Notes under the pieces: model-generated
Seen by the model: only the letters and a program-made list of their open reading frames with translations
What the model was told of the DNA's origin: nothing
Database searches by the model: none
Part shown: positions 1 through 8,803 of the stretch, piece by piece
Numbering within the stretch: position 1 is the first letter of the stretch
Layout: each line of letters starts with the position of its first letter
Made by a program: the position numbers and the translations under genes
Source of the DNA: an uncultured Dehalococcoidia bacterium
Lineage (GTDB): Bacteria; Chloroflexota; Dehalococcoidia; Lucifugimonadales; UBA1123
Direction of reading: 5' to 3'
Length of the DNA: 32,000 nt
Assembly: GCA_964588665.1 (NCBI GenBank)
Contig: CAZPQQ010000007.1
Coordinates: 1-32,000 of the forward strand

Positions 1-255
1 CCATTTATTCTTCTAGGCCATCTCTTCTCTTACACCACTTCCTGGGACTCTACTCTGTTAATTTCAGGCCCAAATGTGTCCCACTTTCGCTGACGGTCTA
101 CAGACGGCAGGGGTCTGATTGCTGGAGGATACAGACGACAGCAGGATGAGACATTTTCCGAAACCCATCGAATAGCAGAAATATTCGACCCTACAACGGA
201 AAGCTTCAGCCTGACAGGAACTCTAGTATTCGACCGTCAGGACCACGCGGCCACA

Positions 256-783
256 TTGTTGCCCGATGGGGACGTGCTGATTTTGGCCGGGAGATCACAG
301 ATATACAACGAGGTTGAAGATACAAATGTGAGTGGAACATGTCTATCTTCTGCAGAAATCTACGATTCTTCTGTCGGAACGTTCACGGAAATAGCGGGCT
401 CAAGATTCAATGGGTGTAGCGTCTTGACCACTCTTCTCCAGGACGAAAATGTCCTTGTTACGCGGTTCAGACAGGCCGAGTTATTCGATTACCGCGAGAT
501 GACATTCAGCCCCACTGGGCTCATGGCAAGAGTTCGTGGCGCCCCAACCGCGACAATGATGGAAGATGGGCAGGTACTGATTGCCGGGGGCTACCCTGAC
601 CCGATCACGGACACCGCCGAGATATACGACCCAGCCACCGGCATGTTTTCCGAAGCAGGAACGATGAGCATGGCTAGGGCTTATCACAAGGCTACTTTAC
701 TTCAAGACGGCAGAGTGTTGGTCACGGGCGGATCGAATGACAAAGCGGAGCTTTTCATTCCCAGCAAGAGTGCTCGACCGTGA
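256..783 (+). CDS. Kelch-repeat beta-propeller protein; 5' boundary unresolved because repeat homology continues upstream to nt 94
   Basis: About four repeats of roughly 45-50 aa show the Kelch signature, e.g. RQDHAATLLPDGDVLILAG, TTLLQDENVLV, TATMMEDGQVLIAGG and RAYHKATLLQDGRVLVTGG, each followed by AEIYD/AELFD-type strands. The track start at 256 is a TTG. The same frame stays open back to a TGA at 91-93 and already encodes DGRGLIAGGY...AEIFDPTTESF. Confidence 0.6.
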   Translation: MLPDGDVLILAGRSQIYNEVEDTNVSGTCLSSAEIYDSSVGTFTEIAGSRFNGCSVLTTLLQDENVLVTRFRQAELFDYREMTFSPTGLMARVRGAPTATMMEDGQVLIAGGYPDPITDTAEIYDPATGMFSEAGTMSMARAYHKATLLQDGRVLVTGGSNDKAELFIPSKSARP

Positions 784-1105
784 AGCATAGCGCCGTAGTT
801 TGGACGGATTTCCGTGTTGCTAGCGACAGTGCGGTCGGAGATCAATGTAGACCACCAGGCAACTGTTGGCTCGCGGACCAACAGGATGTTGGCACAACGC
901 CGTCGGTCCATGTGCCATCAAGGCCAGTTCAGGGAAACTATGGAAGGCGGCGGGTTTCGCGCGCGGTTACCGCTTGCTGGCGTGGAGGGTGATGATGCCG
1001 ATTACTTCGTCGCCCTCGTACCGGATGATGAAGTCGGCAGCGTAGATGTGCGCCATCTCGGGGTTCGCAATGGTAGGAAGGAATGACACGCATTCCCGGA
1101 GCTTG

Positions 1106-1948
1106 CTACAGCGCCTGCCAGTAACGCCAGCCTTCCATGCGAATGATCCGGCCGACGTGCTCGTCGGGATGAAAGTGGCCTGCGGCGATGATGTAGTCTT
1201 CCGACTCCGCCCGTCGCAGCATGTCCTCGCGACTGCGTCTGCTGTCGGCCTTGTTCGTGTCGACGCCGGCACACCAAGCGGGCTCGGCCACCTGCACCTT
1301 GCTGTGCAGGGCGTCGCCGACGATCATCGCCTTCTGGCCTTGAGAGCTGACCAGAACCACGTGATGCCCTGGCGTGTGCCCTGGCGTCGGCAGAGTGGTC
1401 ACCTCGTCGGTGATGACGTGCTCGCCGTCGAAAAAGTCGAGCATGCCCAGCGCTTCCAGAGGCACAACCGAATCTCGGACCCAGGGCGCGTTGGGCAGGT
1501 TCTCGGGCTTGATGAAGTGATCCCAGTCGGTCTTAGGCGCCAGGTATCTTGCGTTGGGGAAGTACGGCCGTGGAGTCGGTCCTGACAGGTCGAGGTTCCA
1601 GCCGACGTGGTCCGCGTGGAGGTGCGTGTGGACGACCACGTCCACGTCTTCGGGCTTCACTCTGTGCTTGGCGAGCTCGTTGAGGAGGTCTCCTTTGCGG
1701 TTGCCTCTTGTTGGGTGAGGACCCGGTCCCATCCCGGTGTCGACCATGATGGTCTTGCCCTGAGACTGGACGAAGAAGTGGCCGTAGTAGAGCTGAATCT
1801 TTCCGTCGACCAGCGCGTCGTCGCGATATGGCGCCCAGTCTTCCTCTGTTACGTCCGGGAAGAAATCGCTGGCAACTCTGGGCGGCGGGACCATATCGAG
1901 TACCGCCCCGATCTTCACGTTGCCGACCGAGAAATCGTCAGTCATCAT
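1106..1948 (-). CDS. MBL-fold metallo-hydrolase (lactonase/hydrolase-like)
   Basis: HxHxDH zinc motif (VVHTHLHADHVGW), plus later PTPGHTPGH and AAGHF motifs typical of the metallo-beta-lactamase fold. I place the start at the ATG at 1948 (MMTDDF...), which forms an ATGA overlap with the stop of the upstream dehydrogenase (TGA 1947-1945). The longer track ORF (to 2062) would overlap that gene by more than 100 nt. Confidence 0.85.
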   Translation of the reverse strand: MMTDDFSVGNVKIGAVLDMVPPPRVASDFFPDVTEEDWAPYRDDALVDGKIQLYYGHFFVQSQGKTIMVDTGMGPGPHPTRGNRKGDLLNELAKHRVKPEDVDVVVHTHLHADHVGWNLDLSGPTPRPYFPNARYLAPKTDWDHFIKPENLPNAPWVRDSVVPLEALGMLDFFDGEHVITDEVTTLPTPGHTPGHHVVLVSSQGQKAMIVGDALHSKVQVAEPAWCAGVDTNKADSRRSREDMLRRAESEDYIIAAGHFHPDEHVGRIIRMEGWRYWQAL

Positions 1949-2880
1949 GCGTCTCCATCCGTCGCCAGGATCTCGCGAATAACATCCTCCGAGACTCGAA
2001 CCTCGGCGCCCGCTCTCTCCTCTTGGAGGCTCATGAAGATGCGCGAGTCTCGGGCGCCCCAACCGCGGTTGATGGCTTCGGTGATCTCTTGCAGCGCCAG
2101 GTTCGCAAAACGCATCGGTACGTCGTTCTCACGCCCGACGGCCACGGCGAGGTCAACGTCTTTGCGGGCGAGACGAAGGACGAAGTCGGGCGGGTCGTAG
2201 TTTCCGGGCAAGAAGTGCTGGGCCATGCTCTCGAACGGCCCTCGGCGTCCATTGGCTCCCGTCCGGACGGCCTGCCACAGCGCGGCGGGATCGACCCCCG
2301 CTTTGACGCCCATGGTGAACACCTCCGCGATGGCGCACTGGAAGATGTACCCTGCGCAGTTGTGCACCAGTTTCGCGGTGGCCCCCGTGCCGATGGGGCC
2401 GACGTAGTACGCCTTGTCGCCGATGGAATCGAGCACGTGCTTGTGCTTGTCGAACAGAGCCTCGTCTCCGCCGACCCAGATCGAGAGATTTCCGGTTCGT
2501 GCCCCTTCGGGGCCGCCGCTCACGGGCGCGTCCAGTACGTCGACGCCCTTCTCGGCCATGACCCCGTGGATCCTACGAATCAACGCCGGCGAGCTGGTGC
2601 TCAAGTCGAAGTAGGTGCTCCCCTCGGCGATGCCCTCGACGATGCCGTCGCCTCCGAGAACCACCGCCTCGACCTCGATCGGCCCCGGCAGCGACGTGAA
2701 GACGACCTCGCACTGTTCGGCAACCTTTCGCGGCGTGTCCGCCCAGACGGCGCCCGCTTCAAGATGAGGGATCGCGGCCTCGCGTCGGATGTCGTGAACG
2801 ACGAGGTCGAATCCGCCCTTGATGGCGTTGGAAGCCATGCTCGTGCCCATGATTCCGAGACCGATAAAACCGACTTTCAT
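1945..2880 (-). CDS. NAD(P)-dependent beta-hydroxyacid dehydrogenase (3-hydroxyisobutyrate / 2-hydroxy-3-oxopropionate reductase family)
   Basis: N-terminal Rossmann motif MKVGFIGLGIMG. The length of 311 aa, and motifs such as DAPVSGG and KLVHN, are characteristic of the HIBADH/6PGDH-NAD-binding family. Confidence 0.9.
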   Translation of the reverse strand: MKVGFIGLGIMGTSMASNAIKGGFDLVVHDIRREAAIPHLEAGAVWADTPRKVAEQCEVVFTSLPGPIEVEAVVLGGDGIVEGIAEGSTYFDLSTSSPALIRRIHGVMAEKGVDVLDAPVSGGPEGARTGNLSIWVGGDEALFDKHKHVLDSIGDKAYYVGPIGTGATAKLVHNCAGYIFQCAIAEVFTMGVKAGVDPAALWQAVRTGANGRRGPFESMAQHFLPGNYDPPDFVLRLARKDVDLAVAVGRENDVPMRFANLALQEITEAINRGWGARDSRIFMSLQEERAGAEVRVSEDVIREILATDGDA

Positions 2881-3112
2881 ATCACACCTCGATGCGTCAT
2901 GTTCATCATCTGTTTAATGCCCGCTCGGATGGTAGTCAATTCAGTACATTGTGCTCACGACGCCTCGCCATGCTGAGCTTAGCGAAGTATCTGGCGCCCC
3001 GCGGGCGCCGCGTTTGTCGATCGACGAGATTCTTTCCACCTCAGGCGGACGGGCTCAGAATGGCGAGACAAAGTCGCAACGACGTAAAGCGTTGATTACC
3101 GCCAGACCGGAC

Positions 3113-4255
3113 CTACTCGACCAAATGCTGTTTCAGCACGTCCTCGTCGAATTCCACGCCGAGACCCGGTCCGGTTGGTGGTGTGATGTAGCCGTTCTCG
3201 AACGTGAGAGGCTCTTTGAAGATCGTGCCGTGAAGCGGGCCCAGATTCGCCTCCTGTATCAGGAAGTTCGGAGAGCACGTGTCGATCTGGATTGCGGCGG
3301 CGGCGGCGATCGGTCCGCAAGCCATGTGGGGGGCGATCATCGCGTAGTGGGCCTCGGCGATGGCCGCGATCTTCTTCGCTTCCAGGATTCCGCCGCACTG
3401 GCCGACGTCCATCTGGATGATCTGGGCCGCCTGTTTTTCGAGCACCTGCGAGAATTCGTACTTGGTGACCAGCCGTTCGCCGGTGGCTATGGGAATGCTG
3501 GTGTGGGCCGCGACCCGGGCCATCTCGTCAACGTTCTCAGGTGCAACTGGCTCTTCGAACCAGAACGGATGATATGGCTCGAGATAATCTGCGACACGAA
3601 GCGCGCTGTACGTCGTAAGTTGACCGTGCGTTCCGATGCCCACCTCTATCTGGTTGCCGACGGCGTCCCGAATGCTTTCGAATATCTTGGCCGCGTTTTC
3701 GATCTCCCACAGCGGAATGTCCCGCGGGATCGGGTACTCCGGCATGAACGGGTCGAGCTTGCAGGCTGAATTCCCTGCCTCGATCAACTCCAGGGCTACC
3801 TCTCCGGCAAGCTCGGGACGCTCGCGGAAACCTCGGTTGGGCATGTACGCGTAGGCGCGGAGCTTCTCGTGGTACTTCCCGCCCAGTAGGTTGTAGATCG
3901 GCTGGCCTGCCGCCTTGCCCACAATGTCCCACAACGCCATGTCGAACGCGCTCAAAACCGGCGTCGCATGAAGGCTGGGGTGGCGAAAGTCGTGCCTGGA
4001 AGCGTACATCCGGTCCCAGATCCGCTCGATGTTGAACGGGTCCTCGCCGATGACGTACTGGCGACCCATCTCTTCGATCAGGTGGATCTGCGATTTCAGG
4101 TCTCCCAGATTGCGCGAGTAGGTGTTCCCGGTAATGCGTTCGCCATAACCGACAATGCCCTCGTCTGTTTTGAGTTCCAAGAACAAAAGGTATTTGCCGC
4201 CTCGGTACGGGGGCTCGTTTTCGACGACCATGGTTTTGAGATCGATGACTTTCAA
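3113..4255 (-). CDS. Enolase-superfamily enzyme (mandelate racemase / muconate lactonizing family, acid-sugar dehydratase-like)
   Basis: Capping-domain start LKVIDLKT...GIVGYGE, barrel motifs KLDPF, FWFEEP and IQMDVGQCGGI. Preferred start is the TTG at 4255, preceded by AGGAG with a 6-nt spacer. The track ORF extends to 4399 (alternative ATG at 4330), but that N-terminus is not family-like. Confidence 0.85.
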   Translation of the reverse strand: MKVIDLKTMVVENEPPYRGGKYLLFLELKTDEGIVGYGERITGNTYSRNLGDLKSQIHLIEEMGRQYVIGEDPFNIERIWDRMYASRHDFRHPSLHATPVLSAFDMALWDIVGKAAGQPIYNLLGGKYHEKLRAYAYMPNRGFRERPELAGEVALELIEAGNSACKLDPFMPEYPIPRDIPLWEIENAAKIFESIRDAVGNQIEVGIGTHGQLTTYSALRVADYLEPYHPFWFEEPVAPENVDEMARVAAHTSIPIATGERLVTKYEFSQVLEKQAAQIIQMDVGQCGGILEAKKIAAIAEAHYAMIAPHMACGPIAAAAAIQIDTCSPNFLIQEANLGPLHGTIFKEPLTFENGYITPPTGPGLGVEFDEDVLKQHLVE

Positions 4256-4424
4256 TGCTTGCTCCTGTTTTTCATTCCAGATGCTCGACTGCTCGATGCC
4301 GGTCTCGCTGCGGAAGCCGCTTGAGCACATGAAGACTTCGCCTCGTTCAGGTGAGACGTCGGCGCCTCCAACCAGCGTTCCGGGCCGGCAGTCTGGCACG
4401 TTATTCGCGCGTCACATACTTCCG

Positions 4425-4560
4425 TCGAAGTGGTTCGACAGGCTCACCACGAACGGGGAAACACCCACAACCGTTCGCCCCTTCGGTAATCTCAGGGCAG
4501 GCTCTGAGTCCCGACGAATCGGGATCCCGGTCTTGTCGGGACCTGTCGAAGGGTGGTCGC
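4425..4560. repeat. REP-like structured intergenic repeat, copy A
   Basis: Bases 4431-4456 (tggttcgacaggctcaccacgaacgg) are the reverse complement, 25/26 identical, of 5964-5989. There is a local hairpin cgaacgg (4450-4456) / ccgttcg (4471-4477). Further shared words are ctcagggcaggct and cctgtcgaaggg. It lies between two convergently unrelated CDS ends in 217 nt of non-coding DNA. Confidence 0.7.
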
Positions 4561-4616
4561 CGACCTTCCGCGTTGCCGCTTGAATTCGTGACTCTGTACA
4601 CCGGTGACGCTCAACA

Positions 4617-5738
4617 TCATTTTCGCCGCTGGATCACCTGCTCACTGAAGTCGGCGATCAGCTCTCGGGCCGCCTGGCGATCGACTGCTGAAAGCGCCAC
4701 GTTGTTGATTCCGATGGCTTCCATCTCGTCCAGGCGCCGGTTGATGTCCGATCCTGAGCCCGTCAACGAGCGAGCCATCATCTCCGGGGACACGAACTGC
4801 TCTTCGCCCTTCTTCAGGTACACGTAATGACCCTCATGGGCATCCAAATAGCGCCGATCACCCGGAGTGGGCGGCGACTTTTCGTCTCCATATTGACGGA
4901 TGTACTGGTCGTATTCCCCGGCCAGATCGGCGTCCACCATGCCCAGGTTTGCGCCCGGACCGTAAGCGCCCTCCCACATCGCGTGCACGCCGGGAAGCAG
5001 AGTCGGCCCCACGTTTCGGATCACGCGCTCACTGGTCAGCGTTTCTCCGTCGCGGAGCACGCACGCCGAGGTGAGCACGGTCACGTACGGTTTCGCGCCG
5101 TCTCCGCCCGCGTGGTCGAAGGTGGCGCCGGCGGCCTGGGCAGCTTCCATCACCCTGGGCAGCCCGCGGGGCACGCCGGCGCTCCTGCCGGTCGTGATCC
5201 AACCGTCCGAGATTTCACCGACCAGCTTTTGACCTCGGGGACCGTTGGCGGCGAGCATCACGGGTATCGGATCTTCGATGTTGAAGAACTCGTCCCGGCC
5301 TGAATTGGCCTTCGAGTGAATGAGGCGTATCCATCGCTCGCGATTGCCATCGCGAAGCAGCACATCCTCGCCCGCAAGCAAGCCTCTCACCTGCCGAGTG
5401 TATTCTTCGAAGTACGTTATGGACAGCGCGGGCAGCCCCATCGTGTTGCGTCCGGTGTATCCGGTGCCCAGGCCGAGGATCACCCGTCCCGGCGCGATCT
5501 TGTTGATCGTCGCCGCGGCCGCCGCGGTCACCGGCGCCAGTCGGTTGCTGGGGATGGCGACGAGCGTTCCGAGCTTGATGCTGTTCGTGTTGTGAGCCGC
5601 CAGGGCCATGGTTGCCCAGACATCGGAGTAGATCAACTGCGAATCGTAGAACCATGCGTGCGTGAATCCGGCTTCCTCGGCCGCTTTCACTTCGCGCCAG
5701 GCGTCGATATACGACGGGATGCCGATGCCGTAGTCCAT
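4617..5738 (-). CDS. LLM-class (luciferase-like) flavin/F420-dependent oxidoreductase
   Basis: TIM-barrel luciferase-like signature: GFTHAWFYDSQ, LGTLVAIPSNRLAP, ILGLGTGYTG. Length 373 aa. Confidence 0.85.
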   Translation of the reverse strand: MDYGIGIPSYIDAWREVKAAEEAGFTHAWFYDSQLIYSDVWATMALAAHNTNSIKLGTLVAIPSNRLAPVTAAAAATINKIAPGRVILGLGTGYTGRNTMGLPALSITYFEEYTRQVRGLLAGEDVLLRDGNRERWIRLIHSKANSGRDEFFNIEDPIPVMLAANGPRGQKLVGEISDGWITTGRSAGVPRGLPRVMEAAQAAGATFDHAGGDGAKPYVTVLTSACVLRDGETLTSERVIRNVGPTLLPGVHAMWEGAYGPGANLGMVDADLAGEYDQYIRQYGDEKSPPTPGDRRYLDAHEGHYVYLKKGEEQFVSPEMMARSLTGSGSDINRRLDEMEAIGINNVALSAVDRQAARELIADFSEQVIQRRK

Positions 5739-5822
5739 GACTATGTTCCCTCCGTTGGCGGCGACTTTGACTGTCTTCTGCTGATGTTCGAGGCGCGTCT
5801 GTCACATGGCGGGTTGGTTCGC

Positions 5823-5989
5823 CGAGGTCCTTCGACGGGTCTCCACGGACGGACGAAACTTGGTCTGTCGAGGTCCTTTGACAAGCTCAGGACGAACGGG
5901 CGAGAGTGACTTCAGCACGAACGGACCAGGGTAGGCTCAGGACGGGCGGACGGACTGTTTTTTCCGTTCGTGGTGAGCCCGTCGAACCA
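5823..5989. repeat. REP-like structured intergenic repeat, copy B (composite)
   Basis: Internal direct repeat cgaggtcctt[c/t]gac at 5823-5836 and 5869-5882. The left arm 5874-5899 (tcctttgacaagctcaggacgaacgg) can pair imperfectly with the right arm 5964-5989 (ccgttcgtggtgagcccgtcgaacca). The right arm is the inverted match of 4431-4456. Confidence 0.7.
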
Positions 5990-6040
5990 CAGGCCTCCGC
6001 CTCCCTGCTATTCGCCGAAGAACTTCCGACTCAGCGCACC

Positions 6041-7039
6041 TTAGTCGTATGCCGCGACGATCTCCTCTTCCACTCGCTGGAAGGCTTCGACGTCGCCTGT
6101 AGGGATGCCTCCGAACATGATCTCGTCGACTCCGGCGTCTGCGAACTCGCCGATTCGTTCGATGATGTAGTCGCGCGGGCCAGCCAGCGAGCCTGACTCT
6201 TTCGGCTCCATCAGCGGCCCCGCATAGTTGCCGTGAAGGCGGTCCATCGCTCTGTATCCGCGCGCTTCGTTGTAGCGTTCAGCCTCGGCCTTGTCGTCGG
6301 TGATCAGCAGCGGCGCCAGCAGCGTGCGCTTGATCTCCGCCGGGTCGCGGCCCACGGCTTCGCAGTGCCGTTCGAGCACGCCCATCTTGTGCTGGTACAG
6401 CTCCATCGACATGCCTCGGCCCGACCAGCCGTCCAGGTTGAAGATGTCGCCGTGCATCGCCAGCGTCCGCATGGTGCGTTGCTCGCCCGTACCGCCGATG
6501 AGGATCGGAATGTGAGGCTCTTGATAGCTGCCGGGCGACAGCGGCGCTTCGTCGAGCTGGTAGTAGCGACCGTTGTAACTGACCGCGCCCTCGGCGGTGA
6601 AGAGCTTGCGGATGAGCTCGCACGCTTCCTCGAACCTGTCCGACCGCTCCTTCATCGGAGGGAAGTCCCATCCGAATGCCTCGTGCTCTCGCTGGAACCA
6701 GGCCGCGCCAAGCGCCAGGACGAAACGTCCCTTGGACGCCTGGTCGAGCGTGGCGGCCATCTTCGCGACCAACGCCGGATTGCGGTACGTGTTGCCGAGC
6801 ACCAGGTGGCCGAGGACGAGCTTGTCCGTCATGCCGGCGGCCACCGCCGTGAGCGTGTAGCCCTCGAACGCAGTGCCGAGTTCCTGCTCGCGGTCCCCAC
6901 CTGGAGAACCCGGTGAAGGCGGCAAAAAGTGGTCGGCGAACCACAGGCTGTCCCATCGCCCGGCCTCCAACGCCTCGATCGAGGCGCGGATGTCGTCCCA
7001 TGTCGTTCTGTAGCAACTAACCTGAACTCCGAATTTCAT
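6041..7039 (-). CDS. LLM-class F420/flavin-dependent oxidoreductase
   Basis: MKFGVQVS...WDSLWFADHF start and LGAAWFQREHEAFGW motif, typical of the F420-dependent LLM subfamilies. Length 332 aa. Confidence 0.85.
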   Translation of the reverse strand: MKFGVQVSCYRTTWDDIRASIEALEAGRWDSLWFADHFLPPSPGSPGGDREQELGTAFEGYTLTAVAAGMTDKLVLGHLVLGNTYRNPALVAKMAATLDQASKGRFVLALGAAWFQREHEAFGWDFPPMKERSDRFEEACELIRKLFTAEGAVSYNGRYYQLDEAPLSPGSYQEPHIPILIGGTGEQRTMRTLAMHGDIFNLDGWSGRGMSMELYQHKMGVLERHCEAVGRDPAEIKRTLLAPLLITDDKAEAERYNEARGYRAMDRLHGNYAGPLMEPKESGSLAGPRDYIIERIGEFADAGVDEIMFGGIPTGDVEAFQRVEEEIVAAYD

Positions 7040-7353
7040 TGTTTCGCATCCCCTAGTTGTTCTTGCTGTTGTGATCCTCAGTTTTCACCGCGCTCATGAT
7101 TTCGGGTGACGCCCGCATACTGCTCAGTGGCGGTCCAACATCCCAATCGAGAGCAGGTTGAGCCTATCACAGGTGTGGACAAACCGAAACTGCTTCGCCC
7201 CCCGGTCACGCGGGTCACCTGGCCGCGGGCCGGTCGGACTCGAACAGAGGCACCGTGATACATTATGCCCGGCGACGACGACAGCGACGGCATGCATTGT
7301 CGAGCTCGTGGAGGATCGCCAATTAACGATCCGGTATCACCGCAAGGGGAACA

Positions 7354-8697
7354 ATGGCACTATCTGACGGCGCCGAAACCGAAGAGGTGACCGGCGACGC
7401 TAGTCAGCCGCGAGTCCCGCGAATCCCCTGGATCGGCGACAAGCTGTTCTACGGTTGGGTCGTCGTTTTCGTTGGCGCGGCGACCCAGTTTTTGCAGGGC
7501 ACAATCAACCAGGGCTTCACGACGTACCTCGGGCCGCTGCAGCGTGATTTCGGCTGGAGCAGGGCGGTCCTCGCCGGGCCTCGTTCGATCACTTCGGTCC
7601 AGAACTCGATCTTTGGACCGGTCGAAGGTTATTTGATGGACAGGTTCGGGCCCCGCATCATGTCCGTCACCGGTGTCTTCATCATGGGTTTCGGACTCAT
7701 TTTGTTCGGCCTGACGAACTCGCTGTGGATGTACTATCTGGCCAACGTCGTCATCGCGTTGGGCACCGGGTTCTACGGCATGTTGATCATGTCCGTGGCA
7801 GTCAACAACTGGTTCCGGCGCAAGCGAACGATCGCTCAATCCGTGATGCTTCTCGGCTGGTCGCTGGCCGGGGTGGTAGGGGTTCCGGCGGTGGTCCTAG
7901 TGCAGGCAGCGTTCGGGTGGGAGGTGTCCGCGATCGGCTCCGGCTTGATCATCTGGGCCGTGGGCATCCCGACCTCGATGCTGCTGCGCACCAAGCCGGA
8001 GCCATACAGATTGCTGCCGGACGGCGATACCAACACCGCCGAAGCCACGGTCGCCGCCGGCCGAAACCCCGTCGACGCGGAGCACGACTTCACCCTTCGG
8101 GAAGCCGTTCGGACCCGCACGTTCTGGTTCATTTCGGTTGGCTCGGCCATCGGCAACCTTGGCATGGGAACGGCGCAGATCCACCTCTTCCTTCACCTCG
8201 AACAAGGCGTTGGGTTGGAGCGAACGACCGCGGCGCTCGTGTGGACGGTCGCCAGCCTCTCGAACATCCCAGCACGGCTGGCCGCGGGCTTCTTGGGAGA
8301 CCGATTGCCCAAGAACCATCTGATGGGATTCGCCATAACGATGATGGCGATTTCGGTCCTCGTCCTCGGCGTCGCGACCACAGCGCAGATGGCATTCGTA
8401 TACGCCGTACTCTACGGAATCGGCTGGGGTGTCCGGACGCCGGTCATGAACGCGATGCAGGGAGAGTACTTTGGCCGGACTTCCTTGGGCGTCATCAGCG
8501 GATGGCTCCAATCGCTCAGCCTTCCGTTGACCATCGCTGCGCCGGTTCTCGCGGGTTACGTGGCGGACGTTCAAGACAGTTACCGCACCACGTTCATCGT
8601 CGTGTCGATCCTGATGATGGCGGGGGCCGCGCTCATGTTCATGGCGGCTCGTCCCGCGCCTCCGAAGCGACTGGAGCAGGGCTCATCGGCCGCCTGA
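7354..8697 (+). CDS. MFS transporter (oxalate/formate-antiporter-like / monocarboxylate-type)
   Basis: About 12 hydrophobic segments split by a central hydrophilic loop (RTKPEPYRLLPDGDTNTAEA...). The FYGWVVVF..ATQF start and the loop-2/3-like MDRFGPR motif are typical of MFS_1. Confidence 0.85.
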   Translation: MALSDGAETEEVTGDASQPRVPRIPWIGDKLFYGWVVVFVGAATQFLQGTINQGFTTYLGPLQRDFGWSRAVLAGPRSITSVQNSIFGPVEGYLMDRFGPRIMSVTGVFIMGFGLILFGLTNSLWMYYLANVVIALGTGFYGMLIMSVAVNNWFRRKRTIAQSVMLLGWSLAGVVGVPAVVLVQAAFGWEVSAIGSGLIIWAVGIPTSMLLRTKPEPYRLLPDGDTNTAEATVAAGRNPVDAEHDFTLREAVRTRTFWFISVGSAIGNLGMGTAQIHLFLHLEQGVGLERTTAALVWTVASLSNIPARLAAGFLGDRLPKNHLMGFAITMMAISVLVLGVATTAQMAFVYAVLYGIGWGVRTPVMNAMQGEYFGRTSLGVISGWLQSLSLPLTIAAPVLAGYVADVQDSYRTTFIVVSILMMAGAALMFMAARPAPPKRLEQGSSAA

Positions 8698-8803
8698 CTG
8701 GAACGGACGGAGTTTGGGTGGGCTGGAAAAGCCGTATCAACTGTGCAAGCGCGTACTCACCGAAAAGCATCCGGATTGGCTGCCTGAGTAGGCCGAGGTT
8801 GCC

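Noticed and set aside
967-1086. Short ORFs in the convergent gap after the Kelch and MBL genes (e.g. minus-strand MAHIYAADFIIRYEGDEVIGIITLHASKR, 967-1056)
   Set aside because: They are too short, have no ribosome-binding site or recognisable family, and overlap each other on opposite strands.
1828-2976. 382-aa plus-strand ORF
   Set aside because: It is antisense shadow of the well-supported dehydrogenase and MBL genes. The product is low-complexity and Arg-rich.
2993-3009. 7-bp all-GC hairpin (ggcgccc cgc gggcgcc) between the enolase-family and dehydrogenase genes
   Set aside because: The weak T-run follows it only on the plus strand, while the flanking genes are on the minus strand. It cannot be called a terminator and may be an incidental GC palindrome.
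2951-3769. 272-aa plus-strand ORF
   Set aside because: It is an antisense shadow of the enolase-superfamily gene.
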